DNA from: Eledone cirrhosa
Lineage: Eukaryota
Length of the DNA: 64,000 bases
Assembly: GCA_964016885.1 (NCBI GenBank)
Contig: OZ024742.1
Coordinates: 257,300,001 to 257,364,000 of the forward strand
Reading direction: 5' to 3'
Position 1 is the first letter of the stretch. Each line of letters opens with the position of its first letter. Positions 12,660-28,315 of this stretch are shown one piece after another. Under the pieces are notes generated by a model, which worked only from the letters and a program-made list of their open reading frames with translations, was not told the origin of the DNA and did no database searches. Position numbers and translations under genes: made by a program.

Positions 12660-13650
12660 GGCCTCAATATCGGACTGGCTAATTCGAGACCTTCCCTGTC
12701 GAGATGCCTATACACAAGACAACGTCACCAGTGAAAATACCGGATGCCCCTAGCCAATTACTCTATCCACAAAGCTATTTGTCGCCTACGTGCCGATGTG
12801 GTATACAGGTTCGAATATGACAAGTGTAGCCAATTGTACATTGGCAGCACGATTCGTCCCTTACATCTACAAATTAAGGAGCCTATCAACAACAAATCCG
12901 CTTCCTTCTGCAAATACGTCATCAACTGTGGGAACCGGGATATTAAAATAACAACTACCATCTTGGCTACCTAACGCAATACAGGCACGCTGACTAATGC
13001 CTACCATCAATAATAGATTGGAAAGTAATGTGCCACTATTGCTAATCTAACTTGTCAAACTTAATTATGCCATCGTGACAACATTCCAGCTGCCCAGCCT
13101 AACAAACGTTCAATTACTAGCCTACATCGACACGACTAATGCTAGTAGCATGAACATAGCTTACTGGCTGTGAGCGGTCATCTAGTTTGACAAGATTATT
13201 TATAGCATCATATTTCTTACTGACTTTGAGTGGCCATCTAGCATACAACAAATATAAAAAAAGTGTTGCCGGCCAACTACACACACACACCGTTTACTCC
13301 CTGACCCTAAAATAAATATGTTCCTCACCGCACACATATCATACACATAGTCAATCCGTTTATTTCCTTAAAACCATGCGCAAAAAACCTTAAATTTTAA
13401 CTTTTTTGATACATTCAATTTAAATCGACTAACCACCCCCTCAGGTTTCTTTCAGAGACCCTCCTCATGATAATGGATAGAATCCGAAATATTTGGAATC
13501 ATTAAAATTGCTAAGGTAACTTCCTATCGTTCTCACTGTTTATCTCCGTTTTTCTTTTCTATTTCCTCAAATTCTAATTACATTGCCACTTATATCTCAG
13601 ACTCATTGTCCGGCTTCCAAATAACCAAATTTATCTTCTATTTCCTATAT
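12660..13650 (+). mobile_element. Decayed PLE 3' end (GIY-YIG endonuclease remnant plus tail with degenerate HHR at about 13464-13500)
   Basis: ORF 12744..12974 contains DVVYRFEYDKCSQLYIGSTIRPL. The tail (ccgaaatatttg..aataaccaaa) resembles 3180-3360. Confidence 0.7.
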
Positions 13651-13655
13651 ATATT

Positions 13656-14230
13656 AATGTATGTATAGTATATTTGATAATGAGCGGTATGTTTATTTTA
13701 AAACATTTTGAAGACCATTCGCTATGAGTTTTAAAGTAGTGACTATGTCACTTATTTGTCCCGGCAAAAACAAAGGGAAGAACCGACAGCTGTTTCTCGT
13801 TTGTTAACGGTTATCAAGAATGCTTATCACTCCGCTTCTACCGAGACTTATCGAAGCTGGATTCTTATAGAATTCCAGTGATGTTTAAGAGCTGATTAAG
13901 CAGAGCAGCTGCCGCTCCAGCAAAAAATAGAAATTAGTAACAGTGTTATGAAATAGCGATGTATGTATGAATGTATGTATAGTATATTTGATAATACACT
14001 GTATGTTTATTTTAAAAAATGTTGAAGTCCATTCGCTATGAGTTTTCAAGTAGCGACTAGGTCACTTTTGCTTCCCCTTGATTTTTCCGAGCCTAAGTAA
14101 GTGACCTAGTCACTACTTTAAAACTCATAGCGAATGGTCTTCACAATGTTTTAAAATAAACATACAGTATATTATCAAATATACTATACGTACATTCATA
14201 CATACATCGCTATTTCAGAGCACTGATACT
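13656..14230. repeat. Direct repeat (about 314-nt period) plus fold-back arm, with a degenerate HHR on the minus strand at 13781-13820
   Basis: 13656-13755 matches 13970-14067. 13936-14067 is inverted at 14099-14230. The minus strand reads uugauaa-ccguuaacaaacga-GAAAC-AGCU-GUC. Confidence 0.75.
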
Positions 14231-15647
14231 ATATATATATATATATATATATATTTGGGCGCGCACGTGTGTGTATAGAATGCCTGCGCCGAAAACAAAG
14301 GACACTAATAAGTATCGTTCCTCTGTACATTTTGGTAAAATACATGTGTAAACACCAAGTAAATAACAAAAGGACTTGCACACATACGTTTCCGTCTGCG
14401 GAGTTACTTTGAGCAGTCTTAATCTTTATATATAGTATTTCTGTTACTGCAATTTCAGGTAATCTCATTTCTCACCGTTCTGCATCAAATGTTGTGATAT
14501 CCTGTTATGATTTGAAGCTACTATTTTATTTTTATTTCCGAAAGATCAAGTAGCTCCACAACTTAATCTATCATTTGAATAAGCTGCATGTGTTTCACTG
14601 ATCCAGCTCAAAACAGTTTCTCAATGTATATAGTTACAGTGTTAATTTTTATGAACGGTCGTAATTGTTATACTCATTGTAGACGCTAATTATCTTATTA
14701 TTTTCTTTTCAATTTAATTTAAACAGTTGGCAAATTACGCTTCCTAGAGTCTTTTATCAACATATAAGTAGGAGGTAATTCTGATTCAAGAAAAATAGCT
14801 ATTTCGGGAGTAGATATTTGAAAGCATAAAATAGATTTCTTTACTCTACTATGAAATGTGTCGATAGCTTCAAGATAGCGAGTAGCTTGTGTCTACCCAT
14901 ACACAGCTGTGGTACACAAGTTGAGCGTTGGTGACTCCTTTATATAATCACACATGTTTATGTGTTAGACAGCGGAATTGTTTTGAAATGGGCTTCCGTT
15001 GCTTGCTATGCCGACTTCTGGTTTTTAAGATATGTTTCTAACCAGCGCCTTAATAACCTTTTCGGCAGCGTTAATGTCTAAATAATTAGATATATATCTC
15101 TGCCTTGATAAGCGTAAATCTCTGGATTATGGGAGTTAAGCATCTATGTTCTAGATATTTAATGCCACTTTTTCATTTTTTTTTACAATTTCCCTTTGTA
15201 CACTAAGTTGCAATAGATAGGTTTGTGCATTATTTGGTTTTGTTGTTATTGAGGATCCATGAGGAATAATAGAAGTTGGTATTATCTGGAAAATCTGACA
15301 CATCCACAATTTCATTTATAGATGTAAAATCTGTTGTGTAAACATTACATATCACATCATGTATTCATGAACATACACTCGCATATTGGGCATGCACACA
15401 TTTCTATATTATGATATAAAAACACTTATATACGTTCACTGAATTGGATGTATGCACATGCATGGAGACATGGATTTCTCTATATATTACATATAAACAC
15501 ACTCGTGCTTTCATTAATATATACGCGCACATGTTCAATGCAACAACACCATCCTTAATTCAGCATATCCATTTACGTGCATACATACATACATTTACAT
15601 GCATACATACAAACATACATACATACATACATACATACATACATACA

Positions 15648-15679
<32 letters not shown>

Positions 15680-16812
15680 CATATACATATACATACTTAA
15701 TCAAACACATACATACGCTCTGCTCCTTTAAATATCTTTGAATTAAAACGCATGCAGATATCGTCCTCACATGTATATAATATGTAACAAGCGAATTATT
15801 TTTGTTCTCATCTCTCTCTCTTTATCTCTCTCTTCTCTCTCTCTTTTCTCTCTCTCTTTCTTTCGGTTTTTTCCTGCTCATCTCTTTCCTTCACCCTGGA
15901 CTGCCATTCACACCTCTCCAAGCTCACTTTCCTGCCAACACTCCAACTTCCTGATCTTATGTTCTAGTGAAAGCATCGATTTTCTTTCCCTTCTTATTCT
16001 ATTCCAATGTTTAGGTCATAGAGCACAAATGTATACTCCTAACCTTAACGTTGTCCCATCAGCAAAAACCTACTTGTTTTATGCACATTCAAAGCAATCC
16101 TTTTGTTTTGTTCTCATTGCTTTCACACTAGCGGGCATCAGCTTATGAGAGATAATTTATATTGTCTCATTTCCTCGAAAGATACTCGTATTTTATGTAG
16201 ACATTTTCATTCTGGCAATGTTTTAGCAGCTAATTCCTTTTAAGATGCGGATGCAGCTGTACGTTCTCTTCCATTGTGTGCTTCGAGACAGGTTGCTACT
16301 TAACATAAATGAAGGCTGGGGAATTGCGCATTGTTTTTCCCTGTATCTGTAACGTATTTTTTGCTCATTTTGATATATATGCATGTGTCGGTGTGTGGGT
16401 GTGTGTGCCTGTGGGTGACAGTGTGTCAGTGCGTTTCAGTGTATGTGTGTGTGTATGAGTATGTGCATGTGTTTAATTAAAGAGAAATGCACAAATGGGG
16501 AATAACCCCCGTCGTTTTATTTTACGAAAAAAGAGTTACACAAAAAGAAACAAACCAAAATAAAGAATGCATGTTGAAATATGCCTTAAACATTAGCTAA
16601 GAAATTATTTCATGTGAATAGGACATTATATACATATCAAATCAGCTTAGTAAGGCATACACAAATTATATCAATTTTACTGACTGCCACATGCGTGTTG
16701 TTAGATGGCTTACGAATATTGCTAGAAACTAAGGAAAGAGAAACATCAGTAAAATCCAAGACAGAAGATATTTAGAATAGAATGGATAAAGAAAACTGTA
16801 TTACGGGAGGAT

Positions 16813-16876
<64 letters not shown>

Positions 16877-16882
16877 TTTATA

Positions 16883-17029
<147 letters not shown>

Positions 17030-19290
17030 AGGGAAGCAGAAAATTGCTTATTGTGATCCAGTTCGTCGTTAAGAAAGCCAGTTTCATGGATGGTTTCAAC
17101 GTACGGTTAGGAGAAACTCAACAAGTTTGTAAGAATTCCGTTCAATCTTGGAGTATAAAGTATAAAAGAGAAAACACAGGTAAGCATTAAGAGAAGGATT
17201 TTATCCAGGTATTTACGACCCTTTCATTGGTAAGTGCAACCTTATATTGCTATACTGCAAATAGCAGCCACTCGATTATAATTCTTGTTCACGTCCAAAT
17301 GTTCACAATAGTGAGTAACTTACTTTTGAAATAGTTCTTAATATATAGAGAAAAACATTTATTTGGAATTGTATTTACTAGTATAGAGAGAGAGGAAGAG
17401 GAATTAGAAGGTGAGGGGACAAACGGAATAGTATAGAGAGAGAGGAAGGGGGAGAAGAGTTAGGAAATAGAGTGACAAACTGAGATGGAGGGTGCGGTAG
17501 AGGTGGAAGGATTCCGTGATCTGTTTTGATATGTAGACTTCATGTCGTGGAATGTAGTGAGTTAAAGAGAATTAAATTGATCATAGTGGGAGGGATGGGT
17601 AAAAAGAGAGAGAGAGAGAGAAAGTTGTGGGCTATAAAGAGATAAAAATATATATATAAATAAAGATAGAGATAATAATGACAAAAATAAAAGCAAAGAA
17701 GGGGGGAGAAAGAAGAAGAGAAATGATAGCCAAAAAGGAGAGGGAAGGAAGGAAGAAAACGAAGAAATAGAAGAGGAATGAAGGAGAAGGGAGGGATATA
17801 GGTATTGGTTTTTGTGGGTAATTAAAAGGGTTTAGATACAATAAGAGGGTATAAAGTCTAAGTATATGCAGTTTGTCAGTTGGTAGTAAGAGGTTAAGTG
17901 TTCGATTTGCACTTGTTGTGCGAACACTTTTAGTCTATGGTTACATTGAATTGATCTTTCGATTTTATTGTTGAGTAACTTATTCTTTGAACTCAAAATG
18001 TGGAACAGATCAAGATCACATAATCGACAGCTTCTCATACCACTCCGATATGGAGGCGCGTTCGATAATCTTTTTCCACTTCAGGGTGTATTGATGGTTA
18101 CTTTCCCTCAGTTGCCAGGTCTTGTTTGCAAGGGTAGTTACATAAGGATGCTGGGAATGTTTCATTGCGTAACGGTGTGTATACCAACGGGCTTTAAATG
18201 TATTCCCAGTCGCTCCGATGTAATAACATTTCTGGTTGTCTGATTCTACTGTGCATAGTTAAACCAGGTTAGACTGTATACATTCATTATGCAATGGACA
18301 GGTTTCAGGTAGGTGGCAGTTACAATTCTTGTCATGGACAACTTTGGCATTATTGGTGGGCTGCGATGCCTGTACAACTGTATTACGTTTTGTTTGCCTA
18401 TTAGTGGGTGGTTGTGTATTAGATATTCTGCTGTGTTCGATGGTGATTGTATTGTTATTGTTGTAAATTTGTGTTCTGGTTTTGTTATGTATCTTTTTAG
18501 CGTTAAGCATCTTAGCGTGTGCCTCTATATTTGGTGCCGTGGAGTAAGATAGTCTAATAGATTTAGTGTTAAGGATATTGCTGTATCTATGTGAATCTGG
18601 AAAGTACTTATTTATTATTCTAATGAAGATAGAGGGTAGGTTAGTACTAATGGAGGTGTTACATATGGGGTTATACCAAATATATATTTCTACTGCGTGA
18701 CTTGTTTGATTTCGATGTTGTATTTCTATTTACCGTATACTTTGTAGTTCTATGCGTAAGTTTGTGTTATGCGTGCTGGTGTGCGCTTTGCAGAGGCTTT
18801 CTTCTATGTATTCTACACTATCTAAGTGGACTGCCTTGTCTAATGCGGTATTGTAGTATTCTGCATGTTCCTCGAACATGTGACGGTTAGACGAGAGGCG
18901 GGATATGCTAAGGGATATGCTGCGTGTAATGGATTTAATTATGGATAGTGGGTGGTTTGAGTTACAGTTGATGTATGCTAAGTTTTCCTTAATCTTGTGA
19001 AAAGGTCTTAGGTTAAACCTCGCGTCTAGAAAGTTAACTGTTTTAGTGCTATATTCATACCTTATGCTAAGGCATAGTTTCCCGAGAGTCTTACTAATAT
19101 TCTTACGGAGTCTTTCTATGGTTATTTAGGTTCTTAACTAGGAGAAGCGCGTCGTCTCTGTAGATTCCACCGTGAAGGTCGCTAAACTCACTCTGTAAAC
19201 TAAGGGCTATGTAAATACCTACTAAATCTGTGACTTGAGCCGAGTCGTTAAAGTTATTTAATCTATCCTTACGGTCCTAATAGGCGTTTT
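17030..19290 (-). mobile_element. Decayed PLE: RT C-half plus Cys-rich linker plus GIY-YIG endonuclease
   Basis: The minus strand reads DSAQVTDLVGIYIAL..GGIYRDDALL (GIYRDD at 19151-19168) and KNCNCHLPETCPLHNECIQSNLV*LCTV..YYIGATGNTFKARWYTH. Many stops. Confidence 0.85.
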
Positions 19291-19694
19291 CAAATTTATG
19301 AATATATGAAGCTTAAAAAACACTTGCGAGCAATATATGAAAAATAAAATTAGAGGGATATATGAGATTGGAAAAAAGGAAAGGAAGGGGAAAAGAAAAG
19401 GTAAGGAAGAGGAAGAAAAAATATAGATGGAAGAAAAAAATATAATAATAAGGAAAGGATGACGGAGGTGGAGTATAAGAAGGAAGGATGAGAGAGGAGG
19501 AGAAAATGAGTGACAGGTTGTTGAGTGCTACTTATCCGATATTTGCATTGCTTTATATGAATATATATTTATTTAGGTCTAGCTAATTTATTGTAGAAAA
19601 TGCTAGTATTGATAGTACTGTTATTATTTTCTGATTTGATGCCACTATTATATACAGACACCATGCCTGTCTATTCCCTTCATTCTCGCACGCT

Positions 19695-19794
19695 CTGATG
19701 AACTGACTGGTTATAACAAAGTATTGGTGATCGATTGACGCAAAAACAGGCGGGTAGCGATCTCTAGACCTACCAGTTCAGAGAAACAATTGTC
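19695..19794 (+). ncRNA. Hammerhead core with long stem II insert
   Basis: CUGAUGA-acugacuggu...accaguucaga-GAAAC-AAUU-GUC. Stem III is palindromic and the site is GUC. Stem I is decayed. Confidence 0.6.
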
Positions 19795-19848
19795 ACCAAT
19801 GTGAATAAAGCCCTTATTGTATAGCAAATCATGGCACTCTTTTCCTTA

Positions 19849-20562
<714 letters not shown>

Positions 20563-20649
20563 ATATATATATATATATATATAAGTATTGGAGATTCAGT
20601 TGAAAATTGAAAAAGTCATAGGAGTGAAGAGTGATATATGTAAGTACCA

Positions 20650-21476
20650 GATCTAAATTTAATGTATAATAAACAATACAATATAATTACCTCATTACCA
20701 GAGGTTTCCCGAATAAGACGAATACAAGAAACGTCCTCATTCGTTCGTCGGACAAGGCAATTTAAAACATATTGAAATATTTGAAAAATCTCTACAAGAA
20801 AGGCAAAAGTTTAACGGGCAAAAAAAAAATATAAATACAAGTAATGCAAGAGATATATAAAAATAAAATAAGGACATATATGGTATGTGTATAAATGTCT
20901 GTATATTCACTCACAAATGTACATATGTGTGTATGTACAAATGTATGTGAACAAATGTGTGCGTAAGAACATATATGAAGGCAAGCATATCAGTATATGT
21001 TGAAAAAGAAATTGTAAGATAATAGAATTAACGTACATTCAGACTCACGTATTAAGGATTGAAATATATACACATACAAGTATGAAAGCACGCATATAAA
21101 CACACACACACGCGCAACCACATACATGCGAGTGATATATACAGGGAAGGATGTGTATTGGTCAAAGCAGTGTCAGGCTGAAGCTTGATTCATATATAAA
21201 AATGAAAAGATGTATGAGAATAAAAAAAATTAAATCAAAGAGAAAGTAAGAGGGAGGGGTTATCAATTATAAAGTAACACTAGAAAAAAAGAGAAAACAT
21301 ACATAGGTTCGTACGTACACATGTATATATAAAAAATATATATATAAATACGTACAGACAAAAGAACATACATGTGTACACACATACGAAGCACATATAT
21401 ATATACGTACATGTACATGTAATCGTACGCACGCACGCGATTATATATATATATATATATATTCATATACATACAC

Positions 21477-21571
<95 letters not shown>

Positions 21572-22642
21572 TATAAGTATGTAAAAAACGTAGATATAAA
21601 AACGCACATACAATCACACATATACACATACACGCGCTCATATGCATGCATTCGTATACATATACTAACACGCATAAACACATATGCACGCCGCTCACAC
21701 GCATAGATACAATATAAAAAACCAGCCGTATGAATAAAGGAGTACAAATTTTACGCAAGTAAACCTACATAAAAGAGGCTGAGAGACAACAGAATACATC
21801 TGGAGTTGAAAACGCAAGTGACAAGTAATATCAGGTAGTGAAAGAAAATCGGGAAGTAAAATATGTAAAATTGTGAAGATAAAAATAAGTGAATCAGAAA
21901 CCAGAGGGCTGGCACTGGTGGATGTGAAGTAAAATAAGGTTAAAAATAAAAATAAAAGTAAATCAGAAAGAGAAGTCTGTAAAGAGAGTAATTTAAGGAA
22001 AGTGAAGAACAAGAGTTTATGGAGAATACGTATCTGAATGTGAGTTAAGTTTATATGAGCTGGAAAGCAAGTGCAAATTCATATGTGGAGCAACTGGTGA
22101 ACATTTCTGTTTTTGCATTTAGGCAGGTTTTGGGGTATTAAAGTTCTGTAAAATCCAATATTTTTCACTTATACAGAGTGCGCATTTTCTTGTTCCTCTT
22201 GCATATTCTTTAGATTGGTTCAAAATAGACCAATCTAATTACTATTGGATACCTTGGTCTTTCAAATCCCATATTCTGCTAGCCAGAGCTGTTGTAAATC
22301 TTTTTTCAGGATGTCGGAAAGATGCGACATGTGATAATAACGAGTTTTGAATTTGTCTTGTGTCATACCCACGTATCGTTCGTTGGTGCCTGGTAGGATG
22401 TTGCTGGTGTTTGTCACTTTAGCCGCATATACAATGGCTTTGGTGTTGCATTTACCTTGTAATGGGCATTCACTTTTGATTCTACAGGAGCAATTTTGAT
22501 GGTCTCTGGGTATGTTCTTATTCACCACATATGTATGCGTGTTTGTATATGTATACAAATGCATTCGTATGTGCTCGTGTGTGTGTGTGTATGTGTGTTT
22601 TTATATCTATGTATTTTACATACTTATATATATGTGTGTATG

Positions 22643-22720
<78 letters not shown>

Positions 22721-23420
22721 TGTATGTATATGACTATATATATATATATATATAAAGTCGCGTGCGTGCGTGAGATTAGATGTACATGTACGTATATATA
22801 TATGTGCTTTTGTCTGTACGTATTTATATATATATTAATATATATATGTGTACGTAGCAACCTATGTATGTTTTCTATTTTTTCTAGTGTTACTTTATAA
22901 TTGATAACCCCTCCCTCTTAATTTCTATTTGATTTATTTTATTATCATATATTTTTTCATTTTTTCATTTTTGTATATGCATCGACCATCAGCCTGACAC
23001 TGCTTGACTGACACACTCCCTTCCCTGTATATATCACTCGCATGTATGTGGTTGCGCGTGAGTGTGTGTTTATACGCGTGCTTTCATACTTGTATGTGTA
23101 TATATTTCAATCCTTAGTACATGAGTCTGGATGTACGTTAACTCTATTATCTTACAATTTGATTTTCAACACATATTTAAACGTATTTGGGGTCACACAT
23201 ACACTGATATGCTTGCGCTCATATATGTACTTACGCACACATTGTTTCACTATACACATACTTTTGCCTATCTTGAGGAGATTTTTCAAATATATCACTA
23301 TATTTTAAACTGCTTTCTCCGACGAACGAATGAGGATGTTTCTCGTATTCGTCTCATTCGGGAAACCTCTGGTAATGAGGTAACTAGATTGTATTGTTTA
23401 TTATACATTATATATATATA
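20650..23420 (-). mobile_element. 5'-truncated PLE (GIY-YIG at about 22030-22510) with an about 0.9-kb inverted terminal repeat
   Basis: ORF 22262..22564 contains NCSCRIKSECPLQGKCNTKAIVYAAKV..RYVGMTQDKFKTRYY. About 20650-21680 is inverted at about 22530-23420. Each arm carries an HHR. Confidence 0.85.
20686..20761 (-). ncRNA. Type I hammerhead with variant core CCGACGA
   Basis: AUUGCCUUGU-CCGACGA-(long stem II cgaaugag gacg..cguc uuauucg)-GAAACC-ucu-GGU-A-AUGAGGUAAU. Stem I pairs over 10 bp including G-U. The inverted copy is at 23309-23384 (+). Confidence 0.7.
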
Positions 23421-23521
23421 AAAGGAACGATCGACTTTCGTCAAATCGGACCGAGGGAACAATGTTGCCGTTGGTCTTTCCAATTGCTAATACTATCTAT
23501 CGGTCGCAACTCCAGATAGAA

Positions 23522-23637
23522 GGAGCAACGTGAAATAAAGTGTCTTGCTCAAGGACATAACACATCACCTGGTCCAGGAATCGAACTCACAACCTTACGA
23601 TTGCGAATCCAATTCTCTAACCACTCAGCCACATGCC
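23522..23637 (-). mobile_element. tRNA-derived SINE head plus CORE/Meta-like domain
   Basis: The minus strand has A box TGGCTGAGTGG, B box GTTCGATTC, then gtccttgagcaagacacttt. Confidence 0.85.
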
Positions 23638-23670
23638 TTCACTATATATATATACACATATATAAATATA

Positions 23671-24788
<1,118 letters not shown>

Positions 24789-24848
24789 TAATGATATGTG
24801 AATATATATATATATACATACATATATATATATATATATTTATATATA

Positions 24849-24894
<46 letters not shown>

Positions 24895-24899
24895 AATAA

Positions 24900-24945
<46 letters not shown>

Positions 24946-24999
24946 TTATATATATGTATAACTTTGATAACTTTGATAGGTTTCGGCCAGTATTGGCCC

Positions 25000-25590
25000 A
25001 GGCCATGTCTAACTTAATAGCACCACATGTCGAACCCTTACAAATCAGTGTTTGGGCACCATGGCTCACTCGAGCAGAGAGTTATTTTTTACGGATTCAT
25101 ATCCTGGTGTAGGAGGCTGATCCGGGATTTCTGAAGGAATTTATACAAAGACTTCTAGAAATTGATGTGGTCTGTCTCTGCTTTGATGTGTTTTTGTGTA
25201 ATTTTAAAGAGTGCAGGGCCAATTGAGGTGAATTATTGCGCCGTATGATTGAAATGTGATACGAGCTGGATTTTTGTCGTGGGCGGATAGCACGGGTCCC
25301 AAGCCTTGGGTGTACACTAAAGGCGATGCCAACATCATTTGTGGTAAGCTGATGGAATATTTTCCACATCATACAGATAATGTAGCGCTCACGGCGAGGT
25401 TGAAGAGAATAACGTTTGAGCTTTTCTAATCGACCCCAATAGTCAAGGCCTGTAATGCCAACTATCTCTTTTGTAATTGACCTTTGGGGTGCTTTAACTT
25501 TCATGATACTTTGTTTCTTTGGGGCTGACCACAGTGGACAACAGTATTCAAGGAGGGGTCGGGAAAATGTGGAGAATAGAAAGACAGCAG
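25000..25590 (-). mobile_element. CR1/L2-group LINE 3' fragment
   Basis: Reads [57 protein letters not shown], the typical post-RT region. Confidence 0.8.
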
Positions 25591-25610
25591 TATATGTATA
25601 TCTCTCTCTA

Positions 25611-25654
<44 letters not shown>

Positions 25655-25661
25655 TATAGAC

Positions 25662-25773
<112 letters not shown>

Positions 25774-25828
25774 GAATATATATATATATGAATACACATA
25801 TATATATATATACATATATATATATACA

Positions 25829-25896
<68 letters not shown>

Positions 25897-25898
<2 letters not shown>

Positions 25899-26196
25899 CG
25901 ATATTAACAAATAGAAACTATATTTATTAAACCATATTTACTTCATTGTACATATTTCAAGGACACCAAGTTAAATTATGGTGTGCTTTCATCAGATAAA
26001 ATATAATATAGTATCCAGGAGCTTCCAACAGTAATGGTTGAATTCTTTAAAGGTGTGTCAATATTTATTTATAAAACTGATCTATATTATATTTTATCTG
26101 ATGAAAGCACACCATAATTTAACTTGGTGACCTTGAAATATGTATAATGAAATAAATATGGTTTTATAAATATAGTTTCCATTTGTTAATATCGTA
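25897..26196. repeat. About 115-bp inverted repeat, each arm with an HHR core
   Basis: 25897-26011 versus 26082-26196. CUGAUGA-aagcacacca..uggugaccuu-GAAA-uaug-UA at 26098-26144 (+), mirrored at about 25949-25995 (-). Confidence 0.85.
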
Positions 26197-26347
26197 TTTT
26201 TACTCCAAATATTTGTGGAGTGCTTTATATCAGTCATCAAAATATTAGCTTGTTGCATCCCAACAATTTAAATAGAACTCTTACATATATATATATATAT
26301 ATATTTATTTATATATATATATATTTATATATTCATATATATATATA

Positions 26348-26457
<110 letters not shown>

Positions 26458-26466
26458 TATATATAC

Positions 26467-26526
<60 letters not shown>

Positions 26527-27079
26527 TTAAGTATACTATTTATGGTTATGTATATACTAAAACCTTTTATAGTTATATATATTTTAAACCCTAAATAGTG
26601 AAAGACATTAATTTATTACTACCTTATTACCAGTAAGATGAATAGCTCAATGTAACAACATCATTTGTTTTACAGAGCAGTTATATAGAAATTACATGAA
26701 TCAAAGTTCTGTTTAAATCATTTATTTGCCTACAATTGTTTTTTTCAAACAGACGTTTGGAGTCTTCGGAGCAATTATTCAGTGATTTTTTACATACTTG
26801 ACCTCCTTTCCAACACAAGAGACATATAGAAACATATGTATATATTGACGCACAGTGGGTTAACATCCATTATAATAATATAGCATGGCAATTTACATAC
26901 AAAGATTACAGTCATATTAAAGGACACAATTAAAGTTAAAATTAAAATTAAAATTAAAATTAAAACATTGGCAGTTTACGAAGATAAAGCAAGTAATTTC
27001 TATATATATATATTAATACAAAATATTAACAAAAATAGACATTCTTGTGATCAAGTATATTTCATTATACATAATTCAG

Positions 27080-27970
27080 AGGCGCTGAGTTATAGAAGTA
27101 GCAACACAACAGTTAGATCACCATGCCGAGAACAATTGTTTCACCTCATGCGGACATTCAGCTCGGACTGGTAATCTTTATACAGAACTGGAAAAACAAC
27201 CGCATGAACGCGCTTGTACAGGAACGGTCACTTCAGCAAAGCGATACAAAACTACGGGTGAAAGTTGTAAGGGAGATGAATGCGAATGTCCGACATAAAC
27301 AGATCGAGTTGATTATAATACTATAATGTTGCTGTTATTCCATCCAGAGAGTTGTATTATACAAGAGATGTTTCCAGACGGGTGGGAAGCGTAAGAAGAT
27401 TTCATTTCTTGAATTTCGGCATTCGCTATTGCCTAATCTCCTTAGAATATTTATAATTTCTTCAATACACAGTCCACAAGACGGATTACCCCTTGCGTAT
27501 GTTTTGGACTTAGTGATAACTTTCCATTGAATGGCGTAGTCTATACATGAGTCATAGAGGGACAATACATGGCTCGCGAGCTTCGTGGATGATCGTTTAT
27601 CCGGGTACCTAAATCACGACTGATGTTTCAGGATATTACGCAATAGCGATTGCGTAGATTCAAGAAATGAAATCTCCTCACGTTGTCCATACGTCTGCAA
27701 TCACCTCTTGCATAACTACAAAGCTCCGGGTTCAATAACAGCACACACTAATATTCTAATCAACTTGAACTCATTATTCCGGACATTCGTCCGTGGTTTT
27801 GTATCACTTGCGTGAAGTGACCATCTCTGCGCATGCGCGTACATACGGTCGTGTTTCCTGTTCCGTATAACCATTACCAGTCTGAGCTGAAGATTCACAT
27901 AAGGTGAAACAATTGTTCTAGGTACAGTGATCTAACTGTTGCGTTATTACTTCTAAATGCTCTACCGCTA
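27080..27970. mobile_element. Fold-back PLE remnant: about 340-bp inverted arms with HHRs around a GIY-YIG C-terminal fragment
   Basis: About 27080-27430 is inverted at about 27640-27970. ORF 27335..27565 reads IQWKVI..CGLCIEE..NSRNEIF. HHRs lie at 27126-27166 (-) and 27882-27922 (+). Confidence 0.82.
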
Positions 27971-27995
27971 CGTATATTACCTTCCAGTCTTCTAC

Positions 27996-28140
<145 letters not shown>

Positions 28141-28237
28141 CATATACATATATATGCATATACATATATATATACATATATACATATATACATATATATA
28201 CATATACATATACATATATATATATATATATATAAAC

Positions 28238-28315
<78 letters not shown>

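Noticed and set aside
23565-23637. tRNA gene
   Set aside because: A and B boxes are present, but there is no proper acceptor stem and it continues into a SINE body.
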